From Bacteroidales bacterium (lineage in GTDB: Bacteria > Bacteroidota > Bacteroidia > Bacteroidales > WCHB1-69), in NCBI GenBank assembly GCA_045600525.1, contig JAZRYC010000159.1:1-61702 (forward strand): a DNA stretch of 61,702 nt, written 5' to 3'. Below are positions 58,709 through 61,702 of the stretch, one piece after another. The position numbers and the translations under genes were made by a program. The notes beneath the pieces were generated by a model. That model did no database searches, was not told the origin of the DNA, and saw nothing but the letters and a program-made list of their open reading frames with translations. Numbering within the stretch: position 1 is the stretch's first letter; every line of letters begins with the position of its first letter.

Positions 58709-59785
58709 ATGAAAGTTCGTTTTCTCTTGTTTTTTCTTTTGGCCTTTTTTATGGTGCGCGCACAGGTGCCCTCGGGTTATTACCAAGGTGCCGTAAACAA
58801 AAAGGGTTATGCCTTGCGATCGGCCCTGCATAGTATTGTAAAAAGCCACTCCTCTGTTTCCTATAGCGGTCTGTGGGATGCCTTTGAGCATACGGATGCC
58901 CTTCCCAATGGAAAGGTTTGGGATATTTATTCCAACAATCCTAATGGAAACACCGCCTATTATTTTACCTTTGGTTCCGATCAGTGTGGTAGTTATTCTT
59001 CCGAAGGTGACTGCTATAATCGCGAGCATTCCGTACCGAAGAGTTGGTTTGGCGATGCCGCGCCTATGTACACCGACCTATTTCATCTTTATCCAACCGA
59101 CGGTTTTGTGAATGGCAAACGGGGAAATCTTCCTTTGGGCGAGGTTTCACATGCGACGTGGACGAGCACAAATGGCTCAAAATTGGGAAATTGCTCGGTA
59201 TCAGGATATTCAAATACGGTTTTTGAACCGAATGATGCCTATAAAGGTGACTTGGCTCGCTCGTATTTCTATTTTACCGTTTGTTATATGGATAAAAATT
59301 TAGGACAGGAATCGATATCAATGTTTTCAGGCGGTTCGTTGAAACCTTGGGCGTTGGAAATGCTGATTCGCTGGCACAACGAGGATCCGGTCAGTCAGAA
59401 GGAAATTGACCGCAACAATGCGATTTATGCCATTCAGCACAATCGCAATCCCTTTATTGACTATCCCGAGTTGGTGGGCAAGATTTTCGGCAGCGATTCG
59501 GTAAACGCCTTCAATCCAACTGGCATTGATGATTGGAATATATCGGCGCAATGTCGGATTTATCCCAATCCTGCCCGCGACAATATTACAGTGGAACTTC
59601 CTATGGAAACTTCCGAAGCGGTTCTCCAAATATTCAATATGGCTGGTCAATTGTTGATGCAGCAAAATTGTAGCGAAGAAAACATCCAACAGGTTGATGT
59701 TTCATCCGTCTTACCGGGAATGTATATCCTTCGTATTCAAACCGACAAATATCATATTCATAAAAAAATCATTGTCTCCCATTAA
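58709..59785 (+). CDS. Extracellular endonuclease I family nuclease with a T9SS C-terminal domain
   Basis: NREHSVPKSW, DLFHL, KGDLAR, WHNEDPV, QHNRNPFID; C-terminal IYPNPA...GMYILRI. Confidence 0.88.
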   Translation: MKVRFLLFFLLAFFMVRAQVPSGYYQGAVNKKGYALRSALHSIVKSHSSVSYSGLWDAFEHTDALPNGKVWDIYSNNPNGNTAYYFTFGSDQCGSYSSEGDCYNREHSVPKSWFGDAAPMYTDLFHLYPTDGFVNGKRGNLPLGEVSHATWTSTNGSKLGNCSVSGYSNTVFEPNDAYKGDLARSYFYFTVCYMDKNLGQESISMFSGGSLKPWALEMLIRWHNEDPVSQKEIDRNNAIYAIQHNRNPFIDYPELVGKIFGSDSVNAFNPTGIDDWNISAQCRIYPNPARDNITVELPMETSEAVLQIFNMAGQLLMQQNCSEENIQQVDVSSVLPGMYILRIQTDKYHIHKKIIVSH

Positions 59786-59794
59786 AATCCAATT

Positions 59795-59850
59795 TTTCTC
59801 TCTTCTCACTCTACCACTCTACTATTCTACCACTCTACTATTCTACTATT
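59795..59850. repeat. Heptamer/octamer microsatellite
   Basis: TTCTCTC TTCTCAC followed by (TCTACYAY)x5. Confidence 0.7.
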
Positions 59851-59874
59851 ACCCATTTACCAAAACCCACTGAC

Positions 59875-60297
59875 ATGTTATATCTCACCAAACATTTTGA
59901 CTTTGAAATGGCCCACGCGCTGATGGGCTATCCCGGCAAGTGCCGCAATATCCACGGACATTCCTATAAGATGGAGGTCACCGTTACGGGCGAACCCGAC
60001 CCCGCAAGCGGTATGGTCATTGACTTCAAGCTGCTCAAAGATCTTGTAAACGAAAATATTGTCAACAGGTTAGACCATGCGTTAGTGCTTTCCGACACGG
60101 TGGATGCGGAACTTCTGGCCACCTTGCGCAAGCATTACGACAAGGTTATCACTTTCCCGTTTGTACCCTCCACGGAGAATATGTTGGAGCATTTCGCCAC
60201 GATACTGCAACCGTGCCTACCCGCCAACGTGAAGCTCTATTCAATACGTTTGCACGAGACGGACACTTCGTTTGCGGAGTGGAGGAATGAACAATGA
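59875..60297 (+). CDS. queD: 6-carboxytetrahydropterin synthase QueD
   Basis: FEMAHAL, CRNIHGHSY, GMVIDF, LDH, STEN, LHET. Confidence 0.92.
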   Translation: MLYLTKHFDFEMAHALMGYPGKCRNIHGHSYKMEVTVTGEPDPASGMVIDFKLLKDLVNENIVNRLDHALVLSDTVDAELLATLRKHYDKVITFPFVPSTENMLEHFATILQPCLPANVKLYSIRLHETDTSFAEWRNEQ

Positions 60298-60408
60298 ATA
60301 ATGTGATAGTTTTTATCAATTGTCAATCACTACTGTTGCGATAATTTTTCGAAAAATACATATAATTCATTGACATTTATATATTTATAAACGTTTTTGA
60401 CTCGGGTT

Positions 60409-60496
60409 ATCTGTCCACATCACAAAGACACGAAGCTATTATCATCAATCATTTTTGCGCAAACGCAAACTTTGCGCAATCATCCATTCCCCTTCT
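60409..60496 (+). repeat. Left copy of an 88-bp direct repeat
   Basis: ATCTGTCCACATCAC...CATTCCCCTTCT, identical to 61296-61383. Confidence 0.9.
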
Positions 60497-60553
60497 TTTA
60501 GAAGGGGTGCCCGTAGGGCGGGGTAGTGATATAAACATTACGGCGAAGCCGTA
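60487..60553 (-). repeat. Inverted, diverged copy of the 75-bp repeat unit upstream of DUF559
   Basis: Reverse complement GTACGGCTTCGCCGT...ACTACCCCGCCCTACGGGCACCCCTTCTAAAAGAAGGGGAA aligns with the downstream units. Confidence 0.8.
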
Positions 60554-60687
60554 CATTATACCTATCAGATAAAATGCGTAATCATAAATTAAACACAAAA
60601 AAATTGTTCTTAACAATAAATTAACTGACTTTTGCGTTTGTTGAATCTTAAACATCTATTATGATAATCATTGATAACCACAAAATA

Positions 60688-61089
60688 ATGAAAAGGACAA
60701 TTCCGGACATTCCGCAAAATCCAGATCTCTTCGCTTATGCACGCAAAAACAGGCACGCAGGAAATTTGGCCGAAGTTGTTTTTTGGAAAGAGGTCAGGAG
60801 CAAGCATTTCTACGGTATCGATTTCAACCGGCAATATGTTATTGGCAACTACATCGCCGACTTCTATATCAGGTCTTTAGGGGTTGTGGTGGAAATAGAC
60901 GGTGCTTATCACAATAATAAAACTGAATATGACCAACAAAGGGAGTCTTTTATGTCTTCATTGGGAATTTACACTTTTCGAATCAGCGATTATGACGTGA
61001 AAAACAACATTTCATGGGTCTTGAGTGAGCTTAAAAAATTCATTCTCCAGCATTTTTCTGAAAAACTAAATGGTACGGCTGCGCCGTGA
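60688..61089 (+). CDS. DUF559 (Vsr/very-short-patch-like, PD-(D/E)xK) endonuclease
   Basis: ARKNR..AE..FW, FNRQYVIGNYIADF, VEIDGAYH, DQQRE, FRIS. Likely start MKRTI; alternative start at 60661. Confidence 0.9.
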   Translation: MKRTIPDIPQNPDLFAYARKNRHAGNLAEVVFWKEVRSKHFYGIDFNRQYVIGNYIADFYIRSLGVVVEIDGAYHNNKTEYDQQRESFMSSLGIYTFRISDYDVKNNISWVLSELKKFILQHFSEKLNGTAAP

Positions 61090-61141
61090 TCACCGATATT
61101 ACTACCCCGGCTTTCAGCCACCCCTTCTTTAAGAAGGGGAA
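61072..61141 (+). repeat. Solitary repeat unit overlapping the DUF559 stop codon
   Basis: GGTACGGCTGCGCCGTGA...CCCCTTCTTTAAGAAGGGGAA supplies the last codons and the TGA. Confidence 0.85.
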
Positions 61142-61221
61142 TGGGCGCCTCCGTTCGGGCAGACCCGACGGGAATAAAACAGCGATTCTGACATTCAAAA
61201 TTTATATAATTCACTGATATT

Positions 61222-61298
61222 TATATATTTACGAACGTTTTTTAACCTGAGAACATCATCTATATATTTACGAACGTTTTTAACCTGAAAACATCATC
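61222..61298 (+). repeat. 38/39-bp tandem duplication
   Basis: TATATATTTACGAACGTTTTT(T)AACCTGARAACATCATC x2. Confidence 0.85.
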
Positions 61299-61383
61299 TG
61301 TCCACATCACAAAGACACGAAGCTATTATCATCAATCATTTTTGCGCAAACGCAAACTTTGCGCAATCATCCATTCCCCTTCT
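61296..61383 (+). repeat. Right copy of the 88-bp direct repeat
   Basis: Identical to 60409-60496; leads directly into the tandem array. Confidence 0.9.
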
Positions 61384-61702
61384 AAGAGAAGGGGAAAGGA
61401 TGGTACGGCTGCGCCGTGATCACTGATATTACTACCCCGGCTTTCAGCCACCCCTTCTAAGAGAAGGGGAATGAACGGTACGGCTACGCCGTGATCACCG
61501 ATATTACTACCCTGGCTTTCAGCCACCCCTTCTAAGAGAAGGGGAAAGGATGGTACGGCTGCGCCGTGATAACTGATATTACTACCCCGGCTTTCAGCCA
61601 CCCCTTCTAAGAGAAGGGGAAAGGATGGTACGGCTGCGCCGTGATCACTGATATTACTACCCCGGCTTTCAGCCACCCCTTCTAAGAGAAGGGGAAAGGA
61701 TG
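61376..61702 (+). repeat. 75-bp tandem array of three-hairpin units (at least 4 full units, runs off the window)
   Basis: GGTACGGC starts at 61402, 61477, 61552 and 61627; units are nearly identical with a few substitutions. Confidence 0.95.

Noticed and set aside
59786-59874. preQ1 riboswitch upstream of queD
   Set aside because: The region is a pyrimidine-rich microsatellite with no preQ1-like stem or A-rich tail that I could identify.
61332-61676. 114-aa minus-strand ORF, and the similar ORFs at 60990-61214 and 60449-60655
   Set aside because: These are translations of the repeat (75 bp = 25 codons), with no independent coding evidence.
61376-61702. CRISPR array
   Set aside because: The units are nearly identical over the whole 75 bp, with no unique spacers and no cas genes.

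Overview
A chromosomal segment of a Bacteroidales bacterium, judged from TAnnTTTG -7 promoter boxes, type IX secretion (T9SS) cargo proteins and gldB. It probably spans the replication origin. Gene orientation flips from mostly minus to mostly plus across an AT-rich intergenic region at about 14.84-15.33 kb that carries DnaA-box-like 9-mers, and mnmG/gidA and two parS-like sites lie nearby. Most genes are housekeeping: pepC, tRNA-Arg(CCT), mnmG, ybeY, rpiB, mrdA, rodA, gpsA, nusB, yggS, polA, ssb, glnA, pruA, folP and queD. There are four T9SS cargo proteins, including a 4648-aa mosaic surface protein. The most unusual element is at the right end. There a DUF559 nuclease gene is bracketed by inverted copies of a three-hairpin repeat, enclosed by 88-bp direct repeats, and followed by a 75-bp tandem array that runs off the window. 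Two of the hairpins keep GNA triloops on one strand and one stem shows compensatory changes, which suggests an ssDNA-structured substrate or mobile cassette. Other observations are GTAG-type REPs, a GTCATTCC...GGAATCTC palindromic element, a 7-bp microsatellite inside polA, a remnant of a DUF4143 ATPase gene, and several catalytically eroded proteins. All calls were made by eye from the sequence and motif recognition, and no searches were run.
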